Below, piece by piece: positions 48,090 through 62,558 of a DNA stretch of 64,000 bases. The DNA comes from Selaginella moellendorffii (taxonomy: Eukaryota > Plantae > Lycopodiophyta). Made by a program: the position numbers and the translations under genes. Position 1 is the first letter of the stretch, and every line of letters starts with the position of its first letter. The notes under the pieces are model-generated. The model had not been told where the DNA came from and made no database searches. It saw only the letters and a list, made by a program, of their open reading frames with translations. The stretch lies in assembly GCF_000143415.4 (NCBI RefSeq), contig NW_003314350.1:717060-781059 (forward strand). Direction: 5' to 3'.

Positions 48090-49428
48090 ATGGAGTGCTT
48101 TGGAGCTTACACCGTAGGAGCCGAGCTAGAGCGCGAGGCGTATTGGCCCCAAGCCAAGCTCCGGATTTCCATCTCCGGCGCTGGAGGATTCATCGCCTCG
48201 CACATAGCGCGGCGGCTCAAGGCGGAGGGACACTACGTGATCGCGTCCGACTGGAAGAAGAACGAGCACATGAGCGAGGACATGTTTTGCCACGAATTCC
48301 ATCTCGTGGATCTGCGCGTCATGGAGAATTGCTTGGCGGTGACAAGGGGCGTGGATCACGTCTTCAACCTCGCGGCGGACATGGGCGGAATGGGATTCAT
48401 CCAGTCCAATCACTCTGTGATTCTCTTCAACAACACCATGATCAGTTTCAACATGCTCGAGGCCTCCCGGATCAATGGAGTCAAAAGGTAGCCTGTGATG
48501 TTTCTAAGTTGTTCTTCCCAAGGATTTGGAGCTCACTCTCTCTCTTGGCTTCCAGATTTTTTTATGCGTCCAGTGCATGCATTTACCCCGAGTTTAAGCA
48601 GCTGGAGACTAACGTGAGTTTGAAGGAGTCAGATGCATGGCCGGCAGAGGTATGAAAAAGAAAAAAACAAAAAAGCTTCTTTTCTTTTGCGGGGAATCTG
48701 AAAAAATTTGCACTTTGCAGCCCCAAGATGCCTATGGACTGGAGAAGCTATGCACTGAAGAGCTGTGCAAGCACTACACCAAGGATTTTGGGATCGAGTG
48801 CCGCATTGGACGATTCCACAACATCTATGGACCCTTTGGAACCTGGAAAGGTGAGTTCATAGATTGAGATCTTCTTCTTGCTTCTTTAGCCTGAGTGGGA
48901 GTAACTGAGATTGTTTCAAAACCAGGTGGACGAGAGAAGGCTCCGGCTGCGTTTTGTCGAAAGGCTCTGACTTCCACCGATTCGTTTGAGATGTGGGGCG
49001 ATGGAATGCAGACGCGATCCTTCACCTTCATCGACGAGTGCGTGGAGGGCGTCTTGCGACTCACAAAGTCCGATTTCCGGGAGCCGCTCAACATTGGAAG
49101 CGACGAGATGGTGAGCATGAACGAGATGGCAGAGATCATACTCGGATTTGAGAAGAAGCAAATCCCGATCCGCCATATACCTGGGCCGGAGGGAGTTCGC
49201 GGGAGAAACTCGGATAACAGTTTGATCAAGGAGAAGCTCGGATGGGCTCCCTCGATGCGATTGAAAGATGGGCTGCGGATCACTTACTTGTGGATTAAGG
49301 AGCAGCTTGACAAGGAAATTGGCGAGGGATCTCAAGACTTACTTGCGGGTTACAGCTCCTCCAAGGTTGTGGGAACTCAAGCTCCAGTCCAGCTTGGTTC
49401 TCTCAGGAAGGCCGATGGAAAGGAGTAA
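48090..49428 (+). CDS. GME: GDP-mannose 3,5-epimerase
   Basis: GAGGFIASH, FNLAADMGGMGFIQSNH, PQDAYGLEKL, GGREKAPAAFCRK, C-terminal QLGSLRKADGKE. Confidence 0.97.
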
Positions 49429-49549
49429 ATCCATAACATTTTTGAATCTAAAAGAACGCAAAAATTTCAATGTAGTTTCGTTTTTTTAAATTGGAGGAAT
49501 ATTATTACCCTAAAGGTATATTCGTGAGGTTTAGGGCTTGCTTGTTTGG

Positions 49550-50664
49550 ATGGAGGGAGAAGTAACTTGCGCGAGGTTGCGTCTCCAGGACGATCGATCG
49601 GTGTACGCGAGGGTGCAATGGACGCCGGGCGCCTTCACGCTGGATGTTTCGGATGGATTCCAGGCATGGAGCTGTTCGCGTAAGTGAGATCTTGGCTTTG
49701 GCCCTCATTCCGGCTCTGGAGCTCTGTGTAGCATCCCGCGACATGATCGAGGACCGGGCTAGCCAGTGGGATCAATCCGTGGCCGATTATCTCCGAGACG
49801 TGAGGAGCCGATTGAGCGAGCACCAAGCTTCGTCCGTGTATAAGCTTGAGACTCCCTCAAGTAATGAAGCAAAAGTAAGAACCGATTGTTTTTCTTTCTT
49901 TCTTCCTGCCTTTCTTCTTGTTTGATCTCGAAGGCTCTGTCGTTTGATCTTGTATAGTTGTCTTGGACGATCCAGAGAGCTGGAACCACGTTGGAATCGC
50001 GCTGGAAGCTGATAAAATCAGCGGATTCCAAAGCGATAAATTGCCAGATTCTAGACTTTGTTCTAGAGGCAGACACGAAGATAAGAGTACGTGACTCTTT
50101 CGAGTTCTAGATTGAGAGCCTTTCTGTGCAGGAGGAGCTCAAGAACAAGACGAGACTATTTAACAGCATGAAAGCCGAGGTTGATAAATATCTGGAGCAA
50201 AACAAGAGACTCGTTCAAGAAAAGAACCAATCCGAGGAGGAGCTTATTCGCAAAGTAAGATCGCCTGTAAACTTTGGCTTGTGTGATTGACGAGCACATC
50301 TCTCCAGTTTGTGGCCTTGCTCAATTCAAAGAAAGCCAAGCTTCGCGAGCTCCAATTGGCCGTTCCTACACCGTCTAGACGATCAAGCAGCGGAGACGAT
50401 GACGAAGAAGAAGAGGCTACCGACAGAGAAGACAATGGTGACGAAGAGGATGATGATCAATCCTCCATTAGAATGGCGGCATCTCCCTCTCAACAAAGTA
50501 TCTCCCCCAAACTCAAGCAACGAGAGATCGTTCCCGAGAGTCCCATTGCTCCGGAGAGTCCATCCACAGCAACGAGCTTGAAGCAAACTCCAAGAGACGA
50601 TAGTTTGATGCTACGAAGCTCATCGAACTATACCAGTATTCCTCGAAAAAGGAAGCTTTTATAG
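49550..50664 (+). CDS. XRCC4: NHEJ factor XRCC4, multi-exon
   Basis: MEGEVTCARL..LDVSDGFQAW, DRASQWDQSVADYL, LSWTIQRAGTTLESRW, ILDFVLEA, FVALLNSKKAKLREL. Confidence 0.88.
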
Positions 50665-50829
50665 TTCTAATACCTTAAACTCTGTATATATGTTATATAT
50701 TAATTGATTAAACCCTTATAGCGAGCTTTTTTCTTTTCTTTCCAATATGAAGTTGGTACTTTTTTTATCAATGTGGCATTGAGTTCAAGGGCTTTGCATA
50801 AGAAACCTTTCGGCCTGGCTTTGAATCTT

Positions 50830-51860
50830 ATTCATCGCGGGTGCCCTGATGAGTTCTCTGAACAATCTGTGGCTGAAAATAAAATAAAAATCAAAACATT
50901 TGTATTTGTTTGCAGAGAAATTGAGGAAGGTAAGAAACAGATATATTGGCTACAAAAGATGGCGTCTTGAAATGTTTCCATGATAACACTACAGATCATA
51001 TCGAGTTTGCAGACAGGAAAGCCATGAAGTTGAAGGCAAAATCATAACTGGACACTTTGTCAGTGAGTCAACACTTCCGACTTTGGGTGTTTTTGTTTTA
51101 TTTTTCTTGGGACAGTTGACTTTACATTGAAGGAGCTTAAAACAGTTCGATTCAAGCAGAGGTTTTCATTCCGCAACCAGGATTACAGTCATGATATAAC
51201 ATGAATGCTTTCAGATAATCAAATTTGAAGAAATCCATTGCACTAAATGCCCCGCAGGCTGCTGGCATCTATCCTGAAATCAAATGTCCAGTGCATGTCA
51301 ACCAACATGTAAGCTTATATGTATTGGCAGATGGACTCTTCACAAATTCGGATACAAAGAATCGTATCTATCGGATGAATGGCTGACCAAGCTGATTATT
51401 ATTCACTGGTTTGCTCCTTTGTCACTAATTTACATGGCTAATCTCACAGACAGTCCCAAATCCCTTCTCATGGATGAAGCTTCAAAACTAACGAAGGACT
51501 CGCACCAGGTATAAATTAGTGATGAAGTGGACTAGACTTGGGCTAAACTTCGGACTGTATTTTCTAGACTCTAGAGGAGCTCACTTCATACGAATACCTC
51601 GACTACATCAGTAAGTTTGTAATTGCACCATATAAAGATAGTATCGTGCCTGTGATGAGTACAAGCCAAATCTCAAGTGAGAGCAGCCTGTTAGTGCTGA
51701 GCGATCTGGTTGACAAGGCACACACAAGAGGCTTGCAAGTTCATCCTTGGACATTCCAGAATGAGTATCATTTCTTGCACAAGGACTTCCATTATTAAGA
51801 GTTTGATTTTTGGCTAGACAAGATTAGCGTTGATGGCATCTTCACTGATTTCCCCATACA
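50830..51860 (+). pseudogene. Glycerophosphodiester phosphodiesterase (GDPD) pseudogene
   Basis: DFTLKELKTVRFKQRFSFRNQ, FAPLSLIY, APYKDSIVP, DLVDKAHTRGLQVHPWTFQNE, VDGIFTDFP, with stops and deletions. Confidence 0.8.
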
Positions 51861-53479
51861 AAAGAAAGCTCTTCATTAGATTATTTATTTTGATTATTAT
51901 TTCTCTTTAGTTTTTGTTCAAGTCATCTAGCTCCCATTAAGTTTCTGGAGTGTTGCACCAACACGATGAGCAATGGGATCATATGCAGCATTTTTCTTAA
52001 GAAGAGATTATGAATTGGGCTGATTATCAGGTTGATTTGGTTGTCACCTTTTTAAAAATGCCAAGGAACTTGCTACCAACAGGCATGACATTTTGCATGC
52101 CAATAAAGTGACCATTTAGTTGTTGCCTGACAAGCATGTATGGTGAGACTAGAGAAGATGTCACCAAGGGATCATCCAGTGTTGCAACATGATTCTTCAC
52201 ATCATAAGTTTTGGTTAGAGATATTGTTTGTTTGCAAAATGGCACAACCGATGCTTTTGGCAAAATAATATTGTCACAGAGAATATGTAACTGTGTATCG
52301 TTGAAAATGAGTTTTGGAAGGAAAAAAACACACTCCACACCATGCTGGCTGGTCTGCTGTTCAAGAATTTATATGAAAAACTAGATTATGTTCTATTTTT
52401 AAAATACTTTTTGATGTCTATATTATAAGCCATATTGTGTTCCAATTTTTTATTACATATAAAACATCATAATGTTATATATATAAAAACTAGATTATGT
52501 TCTAGTTCTATAATAGTGCTTGAGAGTATATCTATATTAAAAACCATAGTATGTTCTAGTTTAGAACATAAGTTATATACAGAAAAAACATTAACATTAA
52601 GTTTTACATTAAAAACATAGTTTTAAATTAATTTTTGAGAAAATTATATGTTATCTAGTAGAAACTATATTGATTCACAGAACCATATGTTATGTATATT
52701 GCTTGCTATATTCAGTTCTACTATACTGTAAAAGAATAAAAAAAAAACCATGCATGGAATGAAAACCATATTGACAGGCATACTGTATCACCTTTAATTT
52801 CAAGAAAGGCATCAATTTTTTTGTGCTTGGAATTTGAAAAAGAAAAATAAAAAATATCTTATAGTGATCAAGCCTTATTCATGACCTCTGTTTAGAAGTC
52901 CCTTCAATGCCATATACCTAGAATCTCCCAAGAGTTAAGTAAACTTTCTTCTTGAAGCCATCACTTCAGTGTGGTTAAGGCCATTCATAAAGGTGTGAGA
53001 AAGGCCTCTAAACAAAGGAAGAGCTAAACAGACTATCCACCTTCCATAGTTAAAACCAAAGAACTGAAGCATCAAAAAAAGACTTTTCTACAAGCACAGA
53101 GTTTTGTCACATTTAGCACTAGTCCATAATTCTCATGTATAATGAAATTGGCATGGAAAAAAGAGAAGAAGCTATGAAAAGAACCTTAGATCAATCTATT
53201 GAGCTAAGCTTCTTTTTATTAAGAGATTGTAACTTCTCCAAACTCAAGAACAAGATTTGTCTCCTTTGTCATAGTGGACAAAGCTGTAATCCTTTTGAAA
53301 TCTTGCATAGGTGAGTTACATTTTCTTTGGAGATGATATTTAAACATCACACAATAAAATGTATTCAGTGAGGCTCTTGCCTTTTTTAAATTAGGTATAT
53401 TCTTACCCAGTTGTTTAGATGAGCTTGGGGCTAAGCCTCAGACAGTGTATGCCATGGTGCAATGCATTGGGCACATTCG

Positions 53480-53745
53480 CTCATGTAAGTGAAAGCTCTG
53501 CTTGCTTTGGTATTCATTCCAGCTATAGAGCTAGCATCTGATCAAGAAAGAGCTGATTGAGCAAGCACTAAAGCACTGAATCAAAAGTCATGTTTATCTC
53601 TTTCTTCCTGCCTTTCTTCTTGTTTTATTTTAATCTTAGAGGCTAATCTTGTATAGTTGTCTTGGACAATTCAGAGAGCTGAAACCATATTGAATTACAG
53701 TGGAATGTGATGATGTGATAAATTCACCAGATTCTAAAGCAATAT
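53480..53745 (+). pseudogene. Degenerate XRCC4 duplicate fragment
   Basis: tttcttcctgcctttcttcttgttt...atcttgtatagttgtcttggac.at.cagagagctg matches about 49900-50040. Confidence 0.7.
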
Positions 53746-54222
53746 TTTGCTATGGATTAGGACAATTATGGGGATATTCTTTTATGCAAGTAAATTAAAA
53801 TTATTGAGCTTTTTCAGGAGCTTGTCATCAAGAGAAGGGAAAATAATAAAATTATTAATAAAATACTAAAATAATGAAAAAGAAAAAATAAATTTATCTA
53901 AGTATAAAGTCCTTAAAACTCTATCTTTATAGGGCTAAGATGGAAACTAATCCAAAAACTTAATTTGGGTATAGAATCCTAGATACCCATCCATGTGTAT
54001 AGCATTCAAATCCCATGAGCAAAGATTTGAAGTTTAATTCACCAGTGGTACAGAAAGATCACAAATGCATGATAATATTAAATTAAATATAAATAAATTT
54101 TAAAGAAGAGATACCAAATATGCTCTATAAAGCTGATCAATCAAGAATGTAATTTCCATATTTTTATTTTGATGGTGCTAAAAATGACTTAGTCTGGACA
54201 AAACCTCTAAAACAATTAGCTA

Positions 54223-54511
54223 AATGCTTTATTTCGTTAAAGTGGAACTTTTCATTATCCCACTTATGGTGTGTGGCCACATGCCATTTTTATAACAACA
54301 ATAAAAAATTGAAGTTTTAGCTTTATAATTTATAAATTAAAAACTTTTCATATGATTTTGTGTTATAATATTGTGAAATATAAAAAATAAATTAAAAAAC
54401 TGATAGAAATATTAATAAATATTAATTAAGTACTAGGAAATGGCATGTGGACACATGCTAATTAATGTCCCACTTTACTGAATAAGTTCCACTTTAACGA
54501 AATAAAGCATC
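54223..54511. mobile_element. MITE with long TIRs and TA TSD (Stowaway/Tc1-mariner-like)
   Basis: atgcttttatttcgttaaagtggaactt.ttca vs tgaa.aagttccactttaacgaaataaagcat; an inner inverted ccacatgccattt/aaatggcatgtgg; flanked by TA. Confidence 0.75.
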
Positions 54512-55123
54512 TAAACAGTTTGATAGAGACAAGCAAAGGCTTTACCAACATAGATCACATCAACACCACAATCATCATGCCAAGATCTAGAATTGTTGCT
54601 TGTTTCTCCAGTTAAGCTCTACCATCTTCAAAAGATAAAAGTTAAATGAAACCATAAATTATTAAGGAAAACAAAGAGAAATAGATCAAGAGAGAGCTAG
54701 AAAGAAATATATGATTGATTATATGTGTTTTTTTTCTTAGGCAACTTAGCTAATGGTTAGTTCATGGTAGCATATCATCCATTGCCAAGTCATTTAAATC
54801 TATTGGATACATAATGCTAGTATATATAGTACACCTTACATAATATTACACATGCTTATGTCAATATAAAATTGCTATTGATATGCCATTGACATATGAG
54901 TACATAGAATGTTGATCTTTTGCTAACAAAAATAAAAACAAATGAATCTTTTTAGAAGCTTTTCCTTCCCCCTCCATGACTTTATATATGATATATTCCA
55001 TCTTGTTAATTTTCTCCAATTATGGTTTTCATTTTGAAAGTAGACTCTTTGTACTTGTGGAGATTAGCATATTCCATTACATATATCCTAACTTCTCTTT
55101 GAGATGTCACTTAAGTCTATCTT

Positions 55124-58100
55124 TGTCACGAATGTGACTTCAGGTATCAAAAGTTACCTGTCAGCTAATCTTTTCAGATATTCTTTCCTTACTGCCATAA
55201 CGGCAGGAGGTTGGTATTGCTATTATTAGTCTCCACATAAGCTAGTTGAGAAACTGGTTATCACATGTGCATTTAGACTGGAAGGGCACTAAGGAAAAAA
55301 ATCCTAAATTGTCATTTGTCAAGCAGATTTGACACAGTGATGAGAAACTCATGATGTTGACTTGCACTTGCTAGTGTTGGGAACCCCCGTGATATTGAGC
55401 TTGGTCCCTCAATATTCGCTAAACGATTATTGCTTACCGTGTTTGCCAAACACCTTTGCTATCATGCCCTTTGTGTTAGTTTCCTTTTGGTCCCAAATGC
55501 TATTTATGGAAAGTGTCTAGATTCACTCATTTGGCACATCTACGGAATGTAGAGATTATCTTGAACACAATGGTGTTCGTCCTATGTCCAAATTCGCAAT
55601 TTAAGGACATTCTATATTTAGTAAGTTTCGAGTTTGTCCCAGAGATTAACTCCTGATACTTGGGGTGAAAGCCCAAAGCATGTGTTCCTCAAGGGAAGGG
55701 GGGCTGGGGGATATGAGGGGTTCCAAATGTATAGTAGGGATAGTGGGTAGGTTGAGCATAGTTGACTAACCTGAGGCAATAATCTAGCTTTCGCTTGCGT
55801 GCCTGTCTTTGTTTTGCGTCTAACTTGGGTTTAAGCCTAAATTCTATACCATGTTAGTTGGTAGGGTACTCATATCCTTGCGTTAGACCATTAATATGCT
55901 AAAATAGCACCAGACTCTATTTAGCTCTGTTTTGTGTACTAATTCTGGCATTAAGATGCTAGATACTCTAGGATTGTTCCAAGTTGCTTCGTGCTCTTGT
56001 CCCTTCACTCCTTAGGCTGTTGGGAGTTACTCCGTGGTCCAGTTCCTTCACTCCAGCTTAGGAGTTTGGCACTATTCTTTTGTTCAGTGGCCCAAGGCCT
56101 TGAAACTCAAGTTCTGCACCACTGTCCTTTGGACACATGGCATGTGGCATGTGGCATGTGGCATATGACATGTGGCACATGGGGGGTTTAGGTTTCGCTT
56201 CTATGGTTATCTTATGGTAAATCACCATAGGATAAAAGGTAAAAATCACGTGCACTATATTTGGTATCAGAGGATGAGTCTCGGCAAGTACTATCCAATA
56301 AGATTGGGCAACTAGTCTCATTGTATATGCAGAGATGAAAACGATGATCCGAGTGGGTACACATTTGTGTGCGAAGGCTTCGCAATTGTTCCTTGGGTAT
56401 GGATTGGTTACCTTTTTGTACCCTATTATGTGAGATTGCTCTTGGGCTCATAAAATGGACTGAGATGTTCTATTAGTATGAGTTTGCACTTGGGCTCGTG
56501 AGTGAGGCACATTAGCAACTCAAGGTTACACTTTGAGTTGGCAGGATTAATGTTAGCTTACTAGTGGTTCCATGAGTTGTTCCATGTATCATGGGTAAAA
56601 GTAAACCTTCCCTAGGTTTGCTATGAGTGGTAAATAGGTTGGTCCATAATTGTTTAGCACGGCACTAATGGATCCTTCTTAAGCATGATTATAAATGGAT
56701 CAATTAAGATTGTAGGGATTAGCTTATTAGTTCAAGTAGTCATTGTTGTGCTTTCTCATAAACTTATCTTGGATTGGACTAAAGGCAGTGCAAAAGCAAG
56801 TTTGAGGTTTGGTCAAAGATGAAACCAAAAAGAGAGTCATCAAGGACGAAGGATCAAACATGTAAATCATCTTCTCTTTTTGGAGAGATGATTTGCAACG
56901 AGGTGTGACTCATTGCTCGTGTCCACATCATGCAATCAAGAGTCTCTACTTTAATGCATATTGGAAGTGATGGTCTTACAAGTGGTGAATCATGGGATGG
57001 ATAGCAGTGAAGCACTAAACCATTTTGTCTAGGCTTGCTATTAAAGACTTAGGTTACAATGCTCAATTCTTTTCTAGGGAACCTTATTATTACTCCTTGA
57101 GTAACTTGGTGTTGGATTAGTTTTGAGTTTGGTCAAAAAAAGAGTTGCATGAGCTTATCCATATTATGAATAAAAGCTAATGGTGTTAGGTGTCATAAAT
57201 CTCTATCAGTAGAATGTGGCATTTATGTTGTATTTTATCGAATTGAGTTGGCACTTGATACTTATATAAACCTTTATAGTAGTGATATGGGTGTTGCTTG
57301 TGGTGTTGCTCAATTGTTGATTAAGTCATTGTGATTTCTTATATCATATCCATATGATAATAAGCAATGTATTTGCGAAGTTGCTTCGTTAAACAATGAT
57401 CAACTCCAAAGTGATTGATGGTGAAGTTAGCCTACTTGCACGTAGTAACATTATAGTAACTTTGAATGGATTCTTAATGATGATCCATTATGCTAAGCTT
57501 AAGTCAGTTCCTTATTTCCCATAAGGTGTTGGAAAAGGTTATAACATTCACTTGTTACAGCTTATTGGTTGATATATTAGCACTTGGAGTAGATTATTGG
57601 ATAGAGAAGGTGTGTAGTTGAGGCATTGACATCGCTAGCACTTGTGTTAGTGGAAGTGGCATTGTTATTTCAAGTGATGAGAAATTTTTCCTAGAGCTTA
57701 ATTTTCCATGTCATTTTTTCTTGTTAGTGTTTTGGCTTCACATTAGATCTTGAAGGCGATTGAAGAAAAGGTTTAGTGCAATATGGATATCCAAAGATAT
57801 GGTCTTAATGACTAAACTTTAGATGTTCATTTTGCATTTTACGGATGTTAGTGTTAGATGTCGAAAATATGGGCAAGATGTTCGATGCTTAAATAAACTA
57901 GGGGTCATAAGAATTTATGTTGAGGTAAACCTATGTGAAGTTGTTGGTAGGAAGAAGTTTGTTGAGTTTTGAAAGTTTACATTTTTAGACTGAGAATCAT
58001 TCTTTTTCTAGGATTAAAAAATTTCCACAAATTTTCTTAGACATTTTTAATGGCTGATCTGTTGATCACTTTGCTTGAAAACCATTCTATTTTCGTAAGT

Positions 58101-61100
58101 TAGTATAAACTAGTAAAGGGGTTAGAGTTGACTTCAGTTAGCTTAAACCTTAATAAGTAGTTTGTATGATGTAAACTGAAAGGGATGCTAACTTTTGGGG
58201 CTAAAACAATTGAGTTGAATAGAGTCTGAAGTTGGTGTAAAAAATTGGTTGTTACGCTTTTCTAGAAAAGTGACCCTTATACCTTTCTTCTGTAGCATTG
58301 TGCTTGGTGGTAGGTTTCACCTTACATTTCATTTACACTCTATGAGAGTAATGAGCTCTCACTAATCTTGACTTGGCCTTTTGCCTTGGCTAAGGATGGT
58401 GATGTCTAATTTAGTTGTATGAAGTTGAGATGTTGGTACCCTTACTATAGTTTATTTATGAGGAGGTTGTGTACCATATAAGTCCATCTCATGGTCTTCA
58501 CTTTAGTTTCAACTAAGTGTTGATCATGCATAATTAGCCTTTTCAAGGCATGTTCAGAGCTATTGGTTAGATGTGTTAGTGCGCTTAGTGTGGTTAAGTT
58601 GAATTCAAGTGGTCATTTAGTTCGTGCTTGTCTATGAACTTTTATCTCGTATTTGGGACATTACATTCATATTGGACAAGTATATAACTTGATAACGTGA
58701 GTTTAATGTTTGGGTCTTGTGAAGGCAAGTTGAAGAGTGATTGTTAGTTGTTCTGCGACTAGTGATTGTTTGTTGACTTCGTCAAGGACTATTGACACTC
58801 ACCTCACTCAATGAAGATTTATCAGTGGTGGGTTTGCTTTACCAAATGGTGTTGTGGAGGATCGTGTTATTAGACTTGCATGGTTTTCCATGTTGGCAAA
58901 TCGATTCCTCTGTCGATATCATTTAGTTACGTTTAATCCGTGGTGTTAGATTCCATTGAGTCTTGGATATAGTGAATCACTCCTTGATAATGTGTTATCC
59001 ATACCTAAATATTGTTGAAAGATTGGTCCCGGATACTAAGTATAGTATTTTCGACTTTGGTTAGCTTGGTTGCTAAAAAGTTTTAAGTAGTGATTCACTC
59101 TTGCTTTTTATTAGCTTTGTTATGGTGTTAGTGGCATTAAAGTGATGCTTTGTCATTGATATTGTTGATATTGAGATTCAAGTGAAATGAGATGTCTCTT
59201 TGTGGGATTGATATTGAATTTCATTAGTCTCGATATAAATAGTGTTGATGCTTGGGCTGTAGCTTTATATTATTAGTAGCTGTGTATTTGTTAGTTAGCA
59301 ACTATATTGGCATTCAAACTAGCTGAATGGCAAATTGAATTAGTTGTGTTTTAGACGAGATTGTTTAGTAGGGGTTGAGCTTTAGCTTTTCCTTGAAAAA
59401 TGATTTAATCATGGATTTTCCTATCTTCATGAGAGAAGAGTTAGTGATCAATATTGGAATGTTTGAATCCTTGTTGGATTTGAGTTGGAATATATTAATT
59501 ATTAATGATTCTTTTTGTGTTTGTTATGAAGTGAGTTACGTGTTGTTATAGATGGATTCATGGAGGATCGATTAGATGATCATTTATTGAGCATAACTTC
59601 GTTGTGCTTAGCTTTTGGATTGATGTAGACATGCTCTTCATTAACTTTGCATTATAAAGTTTAATTTATGGATGTGTTGAGGAAGATATTAATGGTTATA
59701 CCATGATTTCTTCTTTAGCATTGAAGTTAATTCATGTGAGACTTGTGATCACTGTTAAACAAAACTTGGCTATAGACTTCTTCAAACTTTTGGTTCTTTA
59801 AATTTTGTGCTCATTGTTCTATTTGTTAGAAGTTGTTGGCGAAGGCATTTTGGCTCATAATTTCGATGTTGAAGTTGGCTTTTGCATTTGGCAATCATTG
59901 ATGATGATTGACTATCATCTTGGGATAGTTGATTATTCTCATTATAAGTTTTGTTTGATTATTGTTGATTTAGAATGATTTGCCGTTCTTCGGGATGATG
60001 AATTCTTTCTTCAACAATGATTATACATCTTTTTATTGATAGGATGATTAATGTTCTTTTATGATGGTTAGTTGTTCTCTTTGATGGCTATGCCTTTTTG
60101 TATTACCACATGTTCTTTGTGGTTCGCTCTAGATTGGTCTCTTGGGTTTGAGATATTAATAGGATGTTGCTAACATTTGTTTAAGCAACTTTGGTTCCTT
60201 AGTATTATTGACCAGAAACTATTTAGGTTGATTAGTGTGATAGTTGGCATGAATGAGTGTTTATTGGTCTTACCATATTCATTCTGTTTTATGGATTATT
60301 GCTCGAGTTAGATTTGAAAAATTTGGATGTTATTTCCTTCAGGTGATATATTCACAAGTATCTTGCTTGCTAGCCAATGATACTTTGTGTTCTTTGAGTT
60401 ATCTTTGGTAAATTTTTTGGCATACTATCTACTATTTTCGATAGTTCTGTGTTATCATTGAGTTTTCTTAATGAGACACTTGCTATTGAATTTTGTTAGA
60501 TAGTGAATCCTATGTTTTCTAATGATAGTGATCTTGGTGGTTCTTGTACTCTAATACTCGTTTATCGGATGATAACTTACTTGGAATACTCTGATAATTA
60601 AATCTCTAAAATATCATTGGCTATGACTTTGATATTATCCATCTATTGATCTCTTGAGTTTGGGCCAGTATAAGCAAATTGGCTTCGGCACTTCGTGTGT
60701 ATGTTGAAATCTTTAGTCATGGGGTAGCTATTGTAGACTGGTCACATCACCCATCTTTTTATTGATGTTCCTTATTCCATTAAAAATGGTGTGACCATGT
60801 AAACAACTCTAACTTCTTATTTATAGTAGTTTATATAAACCTTATCGACAGGTTTGGTTTCTTTGCTTATGAGGGTTGGAGCCTCTGACTTTTCTCTCTA
60901 TGTCTCTACGGGTAGGAGCGTATCACACTTTTGTAAGTTGGGTGACACCCAAAGGTGGTTAATTCCATTAGTCATTTCCTTGTCGATGACAGCTGAAAGG
61001 TGTTTGAGTTGGTAGCACATCCACGTTAGACAAAGAGGTTACTTCCTAACTCATTTAAGTTGGTGCATTTCTCACATAGTATGAATACCGTGATTTTTTT

Positions 61101-61625
61101 TTGGAGTTGTTTCCTAGGCAATATTCTAGACTTGAGGGTGCATCGATGAGGACGTAGATGTTCTCTAAGGGGGGGAAAGTGTCGTGAATGTGACTTTGGG
61201 GATTGAAAATTACCTGTCAGTTAGTCCTTTCGGATATACTTTCTTTATTGCCACGACGGCGAGAGGTCGGTATTGCTAGACCCTTTATTAGTTTCCACCT
61301 AAGCTAATTGAGAAATTGATCATCACATGTGCACTTAGACCGGAAGGGCACTAAGGAAGGAAATCCTAAGTTGTCATTTATCAAGTATTCTTGATACAGT
61401 GATGAGAAACTCATGATGTTAGCTTGCACTTGCTAGTGTTGGGAACCCCTGCAATATTGAGCTTGGTCTTTCAATATTCACTAGATGATAGCTTACCATG
61501 TTTGCCAAACACCCTTGCTATTATGCCCTTTGTGTTAGTCTCCTTTTAGTTCGAAATGCTATTTATGGATAAATAGATTCACTCATTTGGCATATTTACA
61601 GAATGTAGAGATTATCCTGAAAACA
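55124..61625 (+). mobile_element. Ancient degraded LTR retrotransposon; LTRs about 55124-55568 and 61180-61625
   Basis: Diverged direct repeats of about 445 bp starting TGTC; PPT AAGGGGGGGAAAG before LTR2; TGG PBS-like site after LTR1; no intact ORF. Confidence 0.85.
56132..56182. repeat. 7-bp tandem repeat (CATGTGG)n
   Basis: catggcatgtggcatgtggcatgtggcatatgacatgtggcacatgg. Confidence 0.8.
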
Positions 61626-62558
61626 ATCAAGTCAAGGTTTATCACCTTAATCATGGGGCAAATCTTTGGAATCGTGGTTGAATCTTGCCTTGAGGCAAGT
61701 TTTGATTGTGACAAGGACTGTATAGCACTAGAGTAGATGGCCATGGATGGTTCAATTGTAGCATTGGGTATAGAAAAAGTGTGGATGTTAAATACCTCCA
61801 TTTTTGGTAGTGATGGATTGTCAAGGAGTTCAAGGGAGACAATAGCTAACTCTGGTGGAAAAGCACTCCACTTATGAGTAGCAGTAGGCTTAGGTTGTGA
61901 AGTAAGAGTAGAAACATTCTCCATCAAAGAACTAAAGAGCATTGTAAAGTTTTCTAGTGGTGATTTGTCACTAATTTGCATTGTCCCCTTCTAGTATGTC
62001 TTAGTATTCGCTTGGAGGTGTCAAAAGCATCTTAAGATGATAAGAGTGGTGAGAGAATGTGAGTTCACTTGCTGGGAGTCTACCACTATGAAATCCACTA
62101 ACAATGAGATCCCTTGGATTGATATTGGCACTTAACAACATATGCCCGCAAGGATTATGGTATGATGCAAAGGTTTTGAGGATGATAGTGTGGATATGGA
62201 GCCTCGAAAACTTTGCCAATACCAAGGAAATAACATTACTCCTTAATCCCAAATAAAAGAGTGTTTCTATTATAACTGTATCTCATAAAGTGATTGATGC
62301 CATGAAAGCTCCTGGATCTTGTGATGCCACAATATCTATAATGTGAATCTCTTCACTAGAATGAAGAAGAGGTTGGCTTGAACATACAAGAGTTTTTAGC
62401 TATTGGCCAAATCCTGGGATCGAGTACAAAAGTTGGCTAAGTGAAAGGGTGAATGAATTATGCAATAATTATTGTATGCCTAGAGAAGATGTCATGTTGA
62501 GCTGAGAAGGTTCAACATTAACTATAGGGTATCTAACAAATGCCGACTTAAAGGGCAA

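Noticed and set aside
23632-50664. Apparent DNA repair/meiosis cluster (MHF2, ZIP4, CSA, MCRS1, XRCC4)
   Set aside because: Two members are pseudogene fragments, the pathways differ and unrelated genes are interspersed; chance in a gene-dense genome is sufficient
51950-53400. Minus-strand exon-like remnants (103-aa ORF at 52027-52338)
   Set aside because: Looks like a decayed gene, but I could not assign a family
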